A stretch of DNA of 64,000 nucleotides from an uncultured Gammaproteobacteria bacterium (lineage in GTDB: Bacteria; Patescibacteriota; Patescibacteriia; UBA2196). The stretch lies in contig CAYSXS010000001.1 of assembly GCA_964435065.1 (NCBI GenBank), positions 20,538-84,537 of the forward strand, written 5' to 3'. Below are positions 30,668 to 40,465 of this stretch, piece by piece. The notes under the pieces are model-generated. The model was not told where the DNA came from and did not search any database. It was given only the letters and a program-made list of their open reading frames with translations. The position numbers and the translations under genes were made by a program. Each line of letters opens with the position of its first letter. Within the stretch, counting starts at the first letter, position 1.

Positions 30668-31612
30668 TTATTCCTTATTTATTAAGACGTCAGGTTTTTT
30701 ATCCACGTCTTTTATTGTTGATAAACTTTTTATAAAAAATAAACCCAATACAGCAATAATCCAATAACCAAAGATAGAATATAGTATTCCTAAACTCAAA
30801 TTTATGTTTGCTGGAGCTACACCTGCGAATAAATATACAATAGCTGAGTCTCTAGTACCCATACCTGCCAGTGTCACTGGCAATATCCCAATAAACAAGG
30901 CTATTGGAAGTGTTAAACAAATAAAAATAAAGGAAACTTGTATACCTAATGCAAGATATAAGAAATATACTTGTAAAAAGGTTCCTAACCAGTTTAATAA
31001 AGTTATTAAAGCAATTTGTATGAATTGTTTTGGTTTTTTGATTAATATCTTTGAGCAATAGAAAACATTATTAATTTTTTCTCTATATTTATCTTTTATC
31101 GGTAATTTCATTTCATTTATATATTTTGCCAAGATAAAAAAAATAACAATAGCTATAAGGCCAGCTATCATTATTAATACAATTATTGTGTTTTTGTAAA
31201 TTATCCCGCCAATGAGAGCTAAAATTAGTAGAAGTAATATATCAAAAACTCTTTCTATTAAAATACTTCCAGCTGTCTTGCTTACGGGTACAGAATTCTT
31301 AATAGGGTTAGCTCGGATTAAATCACCTGCTTTTGAAGGAGTAACACTTGATAGAGACCATGCTCCCATTACGATTTTAAATGCTTTCCAAAAACTTAAG
31401 CTAAAACCCATTGAATTTAAAATGATGCGCCATCTAAGTGCACCAAAAACTGGATAGGTTAGTATTACTGAAAAAGTTGCTAACAGCCACCAAAGATTAG
31501 CATTTAATATAATATTCCAAACAGAATTAAGATCGATTTGTCTGAAAAGCAAATAAAAAACAACAAAAGTTGTAATTAAAATAATAAAGAATTTTAAATA
31601 TTTTTTTATCAT
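30668..31612 (-). CDS. Flippase-like membrane protein (lysylphosphatidylglycerol synthase TM / UPF0104)
   Basis: RW.IIL, TPSKAGDLIR, IERVFD, LPVTLAG.GTRD. Confidence 0.85.
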   Translation of the reverse strand: MIKKYLKFFIILITTFVVFYLLFRQIDLNSVWNIILNANLWWLLATFSVILTYPVFGALRWRIILNSMGFSLSFWKAFKIVMGAWSLSSVTPSKAGDLIRANPIKNSVPVSKTAGSILIERVFDILLLLILALIGGIIYKNTIIVLIMIAGLIAIVIFFILAKYINEMKLPIKDKYREKINNVFYCSKILIKKPKQFIQIALITLLNWLGTFLQVYFLYLALGIQVSFIFICLTLPIALFIGILPVTLAGMGTRDSAIVYLFAGVAPANINLSLGILYSIFGYWIIAVLGLFFIKSLSTIKDVDKKPDVLINKE

Positions 31613-33063
31613 GTTGTTTTTTTGTCTTTTGGGAATGTGTTTTTGATAATAACAGACAAAAGTTTAGAACCAGCCTTAAAGTTATTTTTTAAAGCATCCC
31701 AACTACGTAACTCTTTTAGTCTTCTAAATATATATTTAGGATTTAAATAATATTGGCCATATGCATCAATTAATATCTTATACAATTGTTCACGTGTAAA
31801 TATTTCTTCCCAAGCAGGTGCTTTAAAGTCTGGTTGTGGATTTTTAGAAAACTTTTGCCAATAGTCTTCTTTGATAATATTTTCATTTAACCCTTTAAGG
31901 TATAGGTCGGTTGCGGGGAAAGGTGTTAGCACAGTGAAGTGAACAAAGTCTGGGAACATCTTTTTTGCTAACTTAATAGTTTCTTTAATGTCAGACATTG
32001 TTTCTGTTGGTGATCCAATCATAAAATATCCAGCAGTTTCTATGCCTGCTTCTTTTGTTAGTTTAAAAGCTGTTTCAACTTGTTCTAAAGTAATTCCTTT
32101 ACGTAAGACAGTTAGTATTTTTTTTGTTCCAGCTTCAACTCCATAATGGATACGTGTACAACCAGCAGACTTCATTAACAAAAGTAATTCTTTATCAACT
32201 GTATTAACTCTTGCGCGAATATCCCATTTAAGTTTTATTTTTTTATCTAGAATTAAATTACAAATATTTACTACACGTTGTCTATCAATGGTAAAAGTGT
32301 CGTCGTAAATAAAGACTTCATTAATTCCCATTTCTTGAATTTTCTCCATTTCTTTTACAACATCTTCAGCAGATCTAGCTCTGAATATTTTACCTAAATG
32401 GGGGCGATCACAAAACAAACATTTGTATGGGCAACCACGAGAAGTAAACATAGTAGTGGTTGGGTTTTTGTGAGCCATGATTGAATAATACTTTTTATAT
32501 GGTGTTAATTCGCGTGCAGGCATTGGTAGTTGGTCTAAATCCATTATTAACTCTCTTTTACCTGTATTAACAATTTTTTTGTTTGTATCTCTGAATACTA
32601 GGCCTCGTATATCTTTTAGCTTGTCTAAATCGTGAATATTATTCAATAAATCAATAAATGGCTGTTCTCCTTCACCTAAAACCAAGAAATCAACTTCTAA
32701 GTTATCCATTGTTTCTTCTGGATAGATGTTTACGTGTGGTCCACCTAAAACTATTTTTATCTCTGGATTAACTTCTTTAATTAATTTAGCTGTTTTAATA
32801 ACATCAATTAAAGTAAAAGTCATAGCAGTAATCCCAACTACGTCTGGTTTTTCTTCTTTAATCTTTTCTTGTATATTGGTGTAGTTTACCTTTTCTATTT
32901 CACAGTCTAATATTTTAACATCAAAATTTGTTTTTTCTTTAACATATGCAGCAATATACATTAATCCTAAAGGAGGTAAAAAATCCATGCCAGATTCTAA
33001 TTCTTTTGGCATGTCGCTCTCAATAATATTTTTAATGGGTGGATTAATTAGTAGAATCTTCAT
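31609..33063 (-). CDS. Cobalamin-binding radical SAM protein
   Basis: PPLGLMYIAA, LGGPH, GEGE, TSRGCPYKCLFC, YDDTF, GVEAG. Confidence 0.92.
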   Translation of the reverse strand: MKILLINPPIKNIIESDMPKELESGMDFLPPLGLMYIAAYVKEKTNFDVKILDCEIEKVNYTNIQEKIKEEKPDVVGITAMTFTLIDVIKTAKLIKEVNPEIKIVLGGPHVNIYPEETMDNLEVDFLVLGEGEQPFIDLLNNIHDLDKLKDIRGLVFRDTNKKIVNTGKRELIMDLDQLPMPARELTPYKKYYSIMAHKNPTTTMFTSRGCPYKCLFCDRPHLGKIFRARSAEDVVKEMEKIQEMGINEVFIYDDTFTIDRQRVVNICNLILDKKIKLKWDIRARVNTVDKELLLLMKSAGCTRIHYGVEAGTKKILTVLRKGITLEQVETAFKLTKEAGIETAGYFMIGSPTETMSDIKETIKLAKKMFPDFVHFTVLTPFPATDLYLKGLNENIIKEDYWQKFSKNPQPDFKAPAWEEIFTREQLYKILIDAYGQYYLNPKYIFRRLKELRSWDALKNNFKAGSKLLSVIIKNTFPKDKKTT

Positions 33064-33799
33064 AAAGATATTTTTCTATGGAAACACAATCAAATCTTTT
33101 AACAATATATTGTAACTTTTTCCAAGTATTTTTAGTGTTATAGTATTTAAGGAATTTTTTAATAAATGTCATTTTAATATTTGGTACCTCAGTTGCAAAA
33201 TCAAATGGATGAAAATATAAACAAGTAGATTTTTTAATCGTTTTGTTTTTCAATAAGGTTTTAAATAAAAACCAGGGGATAGCTCTGATATAAAAACCAC
33301 CACTAAAAACTTTTATTTCTTTAAAATTATCTATATTAAATAAATTAGGTTTTATACTTAAAGGCAATATTGAAGAGTCATATTTTAAATTATTTTCTTT
33401 TAATACTTTTATTGACCACTCTGTAGATTTATTTAATGAAAAATTAACTGCTCGATGTCCAATTGGTTTTTTGTCGATTAAACTTTCAATCTGACTGATT
33501 AATTGTTTAATTTCTTCATTAAACATTTCTGGATTTTTATCCCACAATGGTTTATGGTCTGAAGAATGAACAGCAATTTCGTGACCAGCATTAGAAATTT
33601 GTTTTACTACATTTGGTTCTTTGTCTAAAACTTTTTTAGTAACAAAGAAGGTAGCAGTTGAATTTGTTTGTTTTAATAAGTTTAATAGGTTATTAATAAA
33701 GGTTGCCACTTCGTCCTTTTCATTACCAAGTAAATATTTTTGTATAGAGAGTGATTCAAACCAATACTCTAAATCAAATGTAAGTAAAATCTTTTTCAT
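33044..33799 (-). CDS. Polysaccharide deacetylase
   Basis: TFDLEYW, ATFF, GHEIAVHSSDH, YDSS, YFHP. Confidence 0.88.
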   Translation of the reverse strand: MKKILLTFDLEYWFESLSIQKYLLGNEKDEVATFINNLLNLLKQTNSTATFFVTKKVLDKEPNVVKQISNAGHEIAVHSSDHKPLWDKNPEMFNEEIKQLISQIESLIDKKPIGHRAVNFSLNKSTEWSIKVLKENNLKYDSSILPLSIKPNLFNIDNFKEIKVFSGGFYIRAIPWFLFKTLLKNKTIKKSTCLYFHPFDFATEVPNIKMTFIKKFLKYYNTKNTWKKLQYIVKRFDCVSIEKYLYEDSTN

Positions 33800-33800
33800 G

Positions 33801-34703
33801 TTATTTTCTATTTAACTCTCTACGGATAGCAGCAAGTTGATCAGCTATTAAACCAAAGAAAAAGATTAAAACCGAAGTTATGAATAATAGGACGGTACTA
33901 TCAGTGATGTTGTTAAATTCAGAAATTAAAATATCATTTATGAATAGGCCTAAGAATCCTAAGAAAAATAAACCACTGATTGGTAAAAAGATTCGTAAAG
34001 GTGAGAAAAGCATAATTAAGCGGATTATCAACATAAAATAGGTGAGTGCATCTTTTGGGTTAACTAGACTTTTTCCACTATCACGTTTATTTATTTCAAG
34101 AGGGACAAATTTAATATTTAACTTTTCTTTAAGAAAAGCAAAGACACTTGTAGTTGAACAAGAAAAACCATCTGGATATAAATGTTCGAATCGTAAAAAT
34201 TCGTCACGTTTTATTAATCTTAATCCACAATTAAAGTCATTTACTTTATGACCCAATAAATATCTAGCTAACCAATGGATAACCTTTTTGCCTGGTTGGC
34301 GAATCCATGGACCTTGGTAACCTTGTCTTTCTCCAGCTATTAGATCATATTCATCTGTGTATTTTAGCATTTCTTCAATATACTTTGGGTTATGTTGACC
34401 ATCTGCATCAAAAGTTAAAACCCAATCATGTTTAGCATTCTTAGCTCCAGTTTTTAGTCCAGCACCGTATCCCTTATTGTATGAATGATTAATGGTTTTA
34501 ATATTTTCAATACTTTCAAGAACACTTTTTGTATTATCTGTAGAAGCATCGTTGATTACTATAATTTCAAAATTTTCTAAATTTAAATTATTTAGTGTAT
34601 TTTTTAAATTATCTAATACAGATTTAATACTGTCAGCTTCGTTGTATGCTGGTATAATAACTGAAATGTTTTTAGTTTGAGGGTTATTCATATTATTTAT
34701 CAT
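33801..34703 (-). CDS. Glycosyltransferase family 2 (polyprenol-phosphate glycosyltransferase-like)
   Basis: IPAYNE, NDASTD, GYGA, DADGQH, two C-terminal TM. Confidence 0.9.
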   Translation of the reverse strand: MINNMNNPQTKNISVIIPAYNEADSIKSVLDNLKNTLNNLNLENFEIIVINDASTDNTKSVLESIENIKTINHSYNKGYGAGLKTGAKNAKHDWVLTFDADGQHNPKYIEEMLKYTDEYDLIAGERQGYQGPWIRQPGKKVIHWLARYLLGHKVNDFNCGLRLIKRDEFLRFEHLYPDGFSCSTTSVFAFLKEKLNIKFVPLEINKRDSGKSLVNPKDALTYFMLIIRLIMLFSPLRIFLPISGLFFLGFLGLFINDILISEFNNITDSTVLLFITSVLIFFFGLIADQLAAIRRELNRK

Positions 34704-35646
34704 AATAATCTAGGTACCAATTAACAAAATTCTTAATACCAGATTTTATTGTTGTTTGTGGTGAGAAATTTAACATTTTTTGTGCTTTTGATAAATCTGC
34801 TTGAGTTTCTAACACTTCACCTGTTTGTATTGGGATATATTCTCGTATAGCTTTTTTATCTAAATATTTTTCTATTAATTCAACAAATTTTATTAATTCA
34901 ATTGATTCATTGCTACCAAGATTAAAAATTTCATAATCAAACGGGTTTTCTAAGGCCAAGGCTGTTCCATTAACAATATCGTCAACATACGACCAATTTC
35001 TTTTCATTTTTCCATTGTTATGTATATTTATTGGTTTATTTTCTAAAATGTTTTTTGTAAAAAGGAAAAGTGCCATATCTGGACGTCCCCACGGGCCATA
35101 AACCGTGAAGTATCTTAATCCAGTTGATTTTATGTTATGCACTTTATAATAACTATATGCAATCATCTCTGTGGCGATTTTAGAAGTAGCATAAAAAGAA
35201 AGTGGGGTTTGTGTTCTGTCGTTTTCTGAAAAAGGAAGCTTCTTGTTATCCCCATAGACACTAGAAGAAGAAGCATAAACAATTTGTTTAATATTAAATT
35301 CTTTTGCTAATTCAAAAATATTTAAGGTGCCTAGAATATTTGTTTGTTCGTATGCAAAAGGGTTTTCTACAGAATAACGTACACCAGCTTGAGCAGCTAA
35401 GTGAACAATTTTATCTATTTTATTCTCTTTAAAAACTTCCCTTAGTTTTTGTATATCAGAAATGTCAATTCTGTATAACTTAAAATTAAAACCTTTTAAT
35501 AAGATTTTAATTCGATCTTCTTTTAATTGGGGGTCATAATAATCATTGAAATTATCAACAATAATTATATTATGATTTTGTTGGATTAACTTTTTAGCTA
35601 CCTGTGATCCAATAAAACCAGCTCCACCTGTTATTAAAATATTCAT
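34693..35646 (-). CDS. NAD-dependent epimerase, UDP-glucuronate 4-epimerase-like
   Basis: TGGAGFIG, HLAAQAGVRYS, ASSSSVYG, YATSK, FTVYGPWGRPDMA. Confidence 0.92.
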   Translation of the reverse strand: MNILITGGAGFIGSQVAKKLIQQNHNIIIVDNFNDYYDPQLKEDRIKILLKGFNFKLYRIDISDIQKLREVFKENKIDKIVHLAAQAGVRYSVENPFAYEQTNILGTLNIFELAKEFNIKQIVYASSSSVYGDNKKLPFSENDRTQTPLSFYATSKIATEMIAYSYYKVHNIKSTGLRYFTVYGPWGRPDMALFLFTKNILENKPINIHNNGKMKRNWSYVDDIVNGTALALENPFDYEIFNLGSNESIELIKFVELIEKYLDKKAIREYIPIQTGEVLETQADLSKAQKMLNFSPQTTIKSGIKNFVNWYLDYYDK

Positions 35647-35672
35647 ATATACTTTATATCATTTTTTGTTAT

Positions 35673-37052
35673 CTATTGTCCACCACCACTAAGAACTGTC
35701 TTAATCGTTTTAAGTAATATAGATAAATCTAAAAAGAATGATCTGTTTTTTATATAGTAAAGATCATATTGTAATTTTTCTAAAGCATCCTGTTCTGAAG
35801 CACCGTAAGGAAAATTAATTTGTGCCCAACCAGATAATCCTGGTTTGATTAAATGGCGTTGGTTATAGAAAGGAATCTTTTCAGCTAACTGAGTTACAAA
35901 TTCAGGTCTTTCTGGTCTAGGACCAATAAAGCTCATTTCACCTTTAAGAATATTAAATAATTGAGGAATTTCATCAATTCTTGTTTTACGCATAATTCTA
36001 CCACTACGTGTAATTCTAGGATCATTTTTTTGGGCCCATTGAGGACCATTAGTTTCAGCCCTTCTATTCATACTACGTATTTTAACAGCTAAAAATGATT
36101 TATTATTCTTTCCAGTTCTTTTTTGTTTAAACAAGAATGGCCCAGGACTGTTAAGCCTAACTATCATATATATGAAAGGAATGAATACTAAGGTTAGAAC
36201 CAAAAATACAGAAGCTATAAATATGTCCATAACTCTTTTAGATATTTGATAAATAGATTTTGATTCCTCGTTTAGGTTTTCTAAAAACCAAATTTGTCCA
36301 ATGGAGTTTACAGGAATTTTACCTGTAAATTTTTCTAAAAACGTAGGTAAATCAAATATTGTAATTTTTTCAGACAAACAATCATAAAGATCAGCAATTA
36401 ATTTTTGATCTTGTCGTATATCTGTACCAGCAATAATGGTTGATATTTTTTCTTCAATAATTAATTTCTTTAAGCTACTGGGTGCATCAATTAAATTAAT
36501 ACTTTCTGGTAAATCAGTTTCTAAAGGAAGTTGACCATCACGAGTTATTGCTACAACCTTGAAGCCAAGTTGTGGTTTGTTGTTAATTTCACTGGCCAAG
36601 TCAATAATTGAAGGTGAGTGTCCTAAAATTAAAACATTACTTTGTAAAGCAGTAGCACCAGCCAGCTTATTAAACAACTGTCTCCAGAGGATTAATAGTA
36701 AGGTAAATATTAAAAGCTGTATGAACAAGTTTGTCTTTGGAGCAATACCAGCATCAAATAAATAGAAGAAAGTAATTGCTAAACCAACACACCAAGAGAT
36801 GCTTTTAAAGAAATTGGCGAAAAACATAGTATTGTTTTTTGCCAAACTTAAATCATAGAAACTGGTGATGTAAAAGACAATTATCCATAGAACAAAGATT
36901 AATGTAAATGGAATAAAGTGTTGAGCCCATCTTTCTGTTGTTACGGCCTGATTGTACCTAATTAGTAAAGTTAGCCATAACGAAAAATAGAGAATAAAGA
37001 CATCTCCGATAAACAATGATATTTTTTTAATTCTTGTGGCTGTATTAATCAT
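35673..37052 (-). CDS. Initiating polyprenyl glycosylphosphotransferase (WcaJ/WbaP-like)
   Basis: N-terminal TMs, KRVMD, KIRSM, DPRIT, RIDEIPQ, GPRPE, YDLYY. Start moved to MINTA. Confidence 0.92.
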   Translation of the reverse strand: MINTATRIKKISLFIGDVFILYFSLWLTLLIRYNQAVTTERWAQHFIPFTLIFVLWIIVFYITSFYDLSLAKNNTMFFANFFKSISWCVGLAITFFYLFDAGIAPKTNLFIQLLIFTLLLILWRQLFNKLAGATALQSNVLILGHSPSIIDLASEINNKPQLGFKVVAITRDGQLPLETDLPESINLIDAPSSLKKLIIEEKISTIIAGTDIRQDQKLIADLYDCLSEKITIFDLPTFLEKFTGKIPVNSIGQIWFLENLNEESKSIYQISKRVMDIFIASVFLVLTLVFIPFIYMIVRLNSPGPFLFKQKRTGKNNKSFLAVKIRSMNRRAETNGPQWAQKNDPRITRSGRIMRKTRIDEIPQLFNILKGEMSFIGPRPERPEFVTQLAEKIPFYNQRHLIKPGLSGWAQINFPYGASEQDALEKLQYDLYYIKNRSFFLDLSILLKTIKTVLSGGGQ

Positions 37053-37156
37053 AACTAGTGGTATTGTACAATATTTCTTAAAAAGATGCAAGTTTATATT
37101 TTTATTTATCCTAACTGTGGTATAATTGTATCAACTTTGGGTGTGATAGATTTTGG

Positions 37157-37195
37157 TTGACATTTTACTTAACTAAGTATATGATGAACATATAC
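37157..37195 (+). promoter_or_regulatory. Sigma70 promoter with overlapping palindromic operator for brnTA
   Basis: TTGACA-17-TATGAT. GTATATG-N5-CATATAC (37177-37195) overlaps the -10. Confidence 0.7.
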
Positions 37196-37210
37196 ATAAT
37201 GATATAATTT

Positions 37211-37516
37211 ATGTTAGATTTATCAAAATTAAATGGATTTGAGTGGAATAATGCGAATGTGGATAAAAATTGGAATAAACACAAGGTTTATTGGAGAGAG
37301 TGTGAAGAAGTTTTTGTGGATTTACCTTTGTTGATTTCTTTAGATAAAAATCATTCACAAATAGAAATGAGATTTCATGCTTTAGGAAAGACGAGTGATA
37401 ATAGAAAATTATTTATAGTTTTTACTATTAGAAATAAGAAAATAAGAATAATTTCGGCTCGGAATCAGAACCGAAAAGAAAAAGAAATATATGACAAAGC
37501 AAAAAAAACAATTTAA
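37211..37516 (+). CDS. brnT: BrnT-family toxin (DUF497)
   Basis: FEW...N..KH.V...E.EEVF, HS..E.R..ALG, FTIR...IRIISAR. Confidence 0.9.
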   Translation: MLDLSKLNGFEWNNANVDKNWNKHKVYWRECEEVFVDLPLLISLDKNHSQIEMRFHALGKTSDNRKLFIVFTIRNKKIRIISARNQNRKEKEIYDKAKKTI

Positions 37517-37775
37517 AAAAATACCTTTATTTAAAAACGAAAATGAAGAAATAGAATTTTGGGCAAACAACGACTCGACAGATTATATTAATTGGTCCGA
37601 ATCAGTTGTAAATCCAGAACTTCCTAATCTTAAGCTTTCTACAAAAAGTATATCTTTACGTTTACCTGTTCTTCTTTTGGATCGTTTAAAATCTTTAGCT
37701 AATCGTCGTGATGTTCCGTATCAATCCTATATCAAAATAATTTTAGATGAAAAAGTAAAGAATGAATTAAAATAA
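37491..37775 (+). CDS. brnA: BrnA/CopG-type antitoxin
   Basis: IP.F..E.EE..FW...DST, K.ISLRLP, LK.LA....VPYQS.IK; overlaps the toxin gene. Confidence 0.88.
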   Translation: MTKQKKQFKKIPLFKNENEEIEFWANNDSTDYINWSESVVNPELPNLKLSTKSISLRLPVLLLDRLKSLANRRDVPYQSYIKIILDEKVKNELK

Positions 37776-37777
37776 AT

Positions 37778-40048
37778 ATGGATAAAATTTCTAAGTACGT
37801 AAAATGGATCTTGGTAGGTATTTTATATCTAATTTTACTAACACCAATTTTAATAACTTCAAAATATGTTTTTCCTTTTATTACGGGAAAAACAATGTTT
37901 TTTAGGATTTTAGTTGAGGTTGCTCTTCTGGTTTATATTATTCTGGCTATTTTGAATAAGAAATATAGGCCAAAGATGAATAAGTTGATATGGGCTGTTG
38001 TGATCTTTGGAGTTATAGTTGGTTTAACGGGATTTCTAGGTGTAGATGCGTATAAAAGTTTTTGGGGCACTATTGAAAGAGGAGAAGGTTTTTTAACTAT
38101 CTCTCATCTGGTTATTTTCTTTTTAATACTCAGTTGGACCTTAAAAACTAAGGGTGAGTGGTTAAGTTATTTAACCGGATTGGTTGTTGTAGGTTTATTG
38201 GTGGATTTATACGCCATATTACAAAGAGCAGAAATAGAAAAGTTTTTCTTGTTTGGAAATATTATTCATTCTGGAGAAGGTAGGCTGTCATCTACGTTAG
38301 GTAATGCAGCATTTTTAGGTGCTTTTACTTTGGCTCAATTTTTTATTAGCTTTTTGTTATTTTTAAAAAGAAAACATGTACTTTGGAAGATATTTTTTGC
38401 TTTAGCCAGTTTGATGAACCTATATATCCTATATCAAACCCAAACCCGTGGTGCAGCTATTGGTTTGGTTGTTGTATTCATTTTACTTTCCATATTATAC
38501 ATAGCTAAAAGTCCTGAACGGATTAAAAGGATAATAGCTAGCGTCTTGTTGTTATCAGTTATAGTTTTTGGTTTACTTGTTTGGTTTAACAAAGATGCTG
38601 AGTGGGTTAAAAAAGCTCCAATGTTAGAACGTTTAACAAGTATTTCTCGAGGTGATATTACAACTGAGTCTCGTTTAATGGCTTGGGATACTTCGTGGAA
38701 AGGGCTGAAAGATAGACTTTTGCTTGGTTATGGTTGGGAAAATTATAATGTTGCGTTTAATAAATATTTTCATCCAGAGATATTTATAGATAACGGATCT
38801 CAACTTTGGTTTGATAGAGCTCATAATACAATATTTGATATTGCTATAGCTACTGGCTTTATTGGTTTAGTATCATATTTTTTAATATTTTTTATAGCTC
38901 TATGTTATCTATTTAAAAATCTTAAAAAAGATTTTGATTTTTCAGCTATATTAATAGGTTTGTTAATTGCTCATTTTGTTCAGAATATTTTTGTGTTTGA
39001 TGTCTTGTCTACTTTTGTTATTTTGTTTAGCGTATTTGGCATAGTTGGTTATCTTGATAATCCAAAATATGAAGAAAAAGAAAAACCAGAAGATTTTACA
39101 GATAATTTTATATTAAAAATTACAATAATCATTATTGCTCTAGCCCTAGTACTTTCAAGTATTCAATATTTTAATCTTAAACCCCTTAAAGCTAATGAAA
39201 TAGCTATTCAGGGTTTAATGTATGGTTCATCAGATAGGTTACAAGAATCAATTAAATATTTTGATGAATCAATTTCAATGGACACCTACCAGAAACAAGA
39301 AATTAGAAGAAAAGCAGTAGATATAGTTATTCAGAATAACAAGATACCTGAAGATGGAGATAAAGTAAAAGAAGCACAAGCTAGAGAATATTTTAAGTTT
39401 GCTAAAGATCAAATAGAAGACAATATTAAAGAACACCCAGCAGACGTACAAGATTTGATGTACCTTATGATGCTTTTGAATCGTAATGCTCGTTTGGATG
39501 TAAATAACTTTGCTGAAACTGTTAGAATTGGGAAAAAAGCTTTAGAATTATCGCCTACACGTGCTCATATATATTTTGAAATGGGTCAAGCAGAGCTTAA
39601 TCAAGGACATGTTGATGAAGGTATAGGATATTTTGAAAAAGCTGTTGAGTTAAACCCAAGAACAATGGAGTCTCAATTTAATTTAATGACAGCATATTCT
39701 TTGATCAAAAGACAAGATAAAGTAGATGAGGTTGTAAATAACATGGAAGAATTAGGTTATACGTTTGTGGATATATCTCAATTAGAGAGGATATATACCA
39801 TATATGCTAGAGCTAATAGATATGATAAGATGTCTTGGGTATTAGAAAAGGTAATTGAACAAGATCAATCAGTTAAATGGTATACAATGTTAGCCAGTGT
39901 ATATAGAGATATGGGAGATTATGAAAAATCCATTGAGACAGCAAGAAAAGCTGCTGAAATTGATCCAAAGATGAAGAAAGATGTAGATAAGTTTATTAAT
40001 TCCCTCTACCCACCAACGCCTGTTGTGGAGGAGGAAACAGAGGAATAA
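37778..40048 (+). CDS. O-antigen ligase / O-oligosaccharyltransferase-like protein with C-terminal TPRs
   Basis: STLGN, TQTRGA, SRL.AW, GYGWENY, FDRAHN; TPR helices. Confidence 0.87.
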   Translation: MDKISKYVKWILVGILYLILLTPILITSKYVFPFITGKTMFFRILVEVALLVYIILAILNKKYRPKMNKLIWAVVIFGVIVGLTGFLGVDAYKSFWGTIERGEGFLTISHLVIFFLILSWTLKTKGEWLSYLTGLVVVGLLVDLYAILQRAEIEKFFLFGNIIHSGEGRLSSTLGNAAFLGAFTLAQFFISFLLFLKRKHVLWKIFFALASLMNLYILYQTQTRGAAIGLVVVFILLSILYIAKSPERIKRIIASVLLLSVIVFGLLVWFNKDAEWVKKAPMLERLTSISRGDITTESRLMAWDTSWKGLKDRLLLGYGWENYNVAFNKYFHPEIFIDNGSQLWFDRAHNTIFDIAIATGFIGLVSYFLIFFIALCYLFKNLKKDFDFSAILIGLLIAHFVQNIFVFDVLSTFVILFSVFGIVGYLDNPKYEEKEKPEDFTDNFILKITIIIIALALVLSSIQYFNLKPLKANEIAIQGLMYGSSDRLQESIKYFDESISMDTYQKQEIRRKAVDIVIQNNKIPEDGDKVKEAQAREYFKFAKDQIEDNIKEHPADVQDLMYLMMLLNRNARLDVNNFAETVRIGKKALELSPTRAHIYFEMGQAELNQGHVDEGIGYFEKAVELNPRTMESQFNLMTAYSLIKRQDKVDEVVNNMEELGYTFVDISQLERIYTIYARANRYDKMSWVLEKVIEQDQSVKWYTMLASVYRDMGDYEKSIETARKAAEIDPKMKKDVDKFINSLYPPTPVVEEETEE

Positions 40049-40049
40049 T

Positions 40050-40460
40050 ATGTCGCAAGTACACTGTGCAATTAAGGCATTAATTAAAAAAGAAGATAAG
40101 TTTTTGATTGTTAATATAAATGTACAGGGAGAAGAATTTTGGGATTTACCTGGTGGTAAAGTTGATTTTGGAGAATCTCCATACGAGACTTTGCACAGAG
40201 AAATAAAGGAAGAGATTGATTTAAAAGCAAAGATTATTAAACCATTAGGTATGTGGTGGTTTTTTAGAAAAGTAGACGGGGATCAAGTTGTTTGTAATAC
40301 TTTTCTTTGTGAACCAGAAGGATATGACGTAGATATATCAAAAAATCCTGATACAGAAAAAATAACAAAATTTAAATGGATAACAAAAGAAGAATTTTTA
40401 TCTGATGAATGTAAAGTAGCCCATAAAAGTTTTAAGGAGTTTATTTCAAAAGTAATTTAA
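40050..40460 (+). CDS. NUDIX hydrolase
   Basis: WDLPGGKVDFGE......REIKEE Nudix box. Confidence 0.9.
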   Translation: MSQVHCAIKALIKKEDKFLIVNINVQGEEFWDLPGGKVDFGESPYETLHREIKEEIDLKAKIIKPLGMWWFFRKVDGDQVVCNTFLCEPEGYDVDISKNPDTEKITKFKWITKEEFLSDECKVAHKSFKEFISKVI

Positions 40461-40465
40461 TACAT

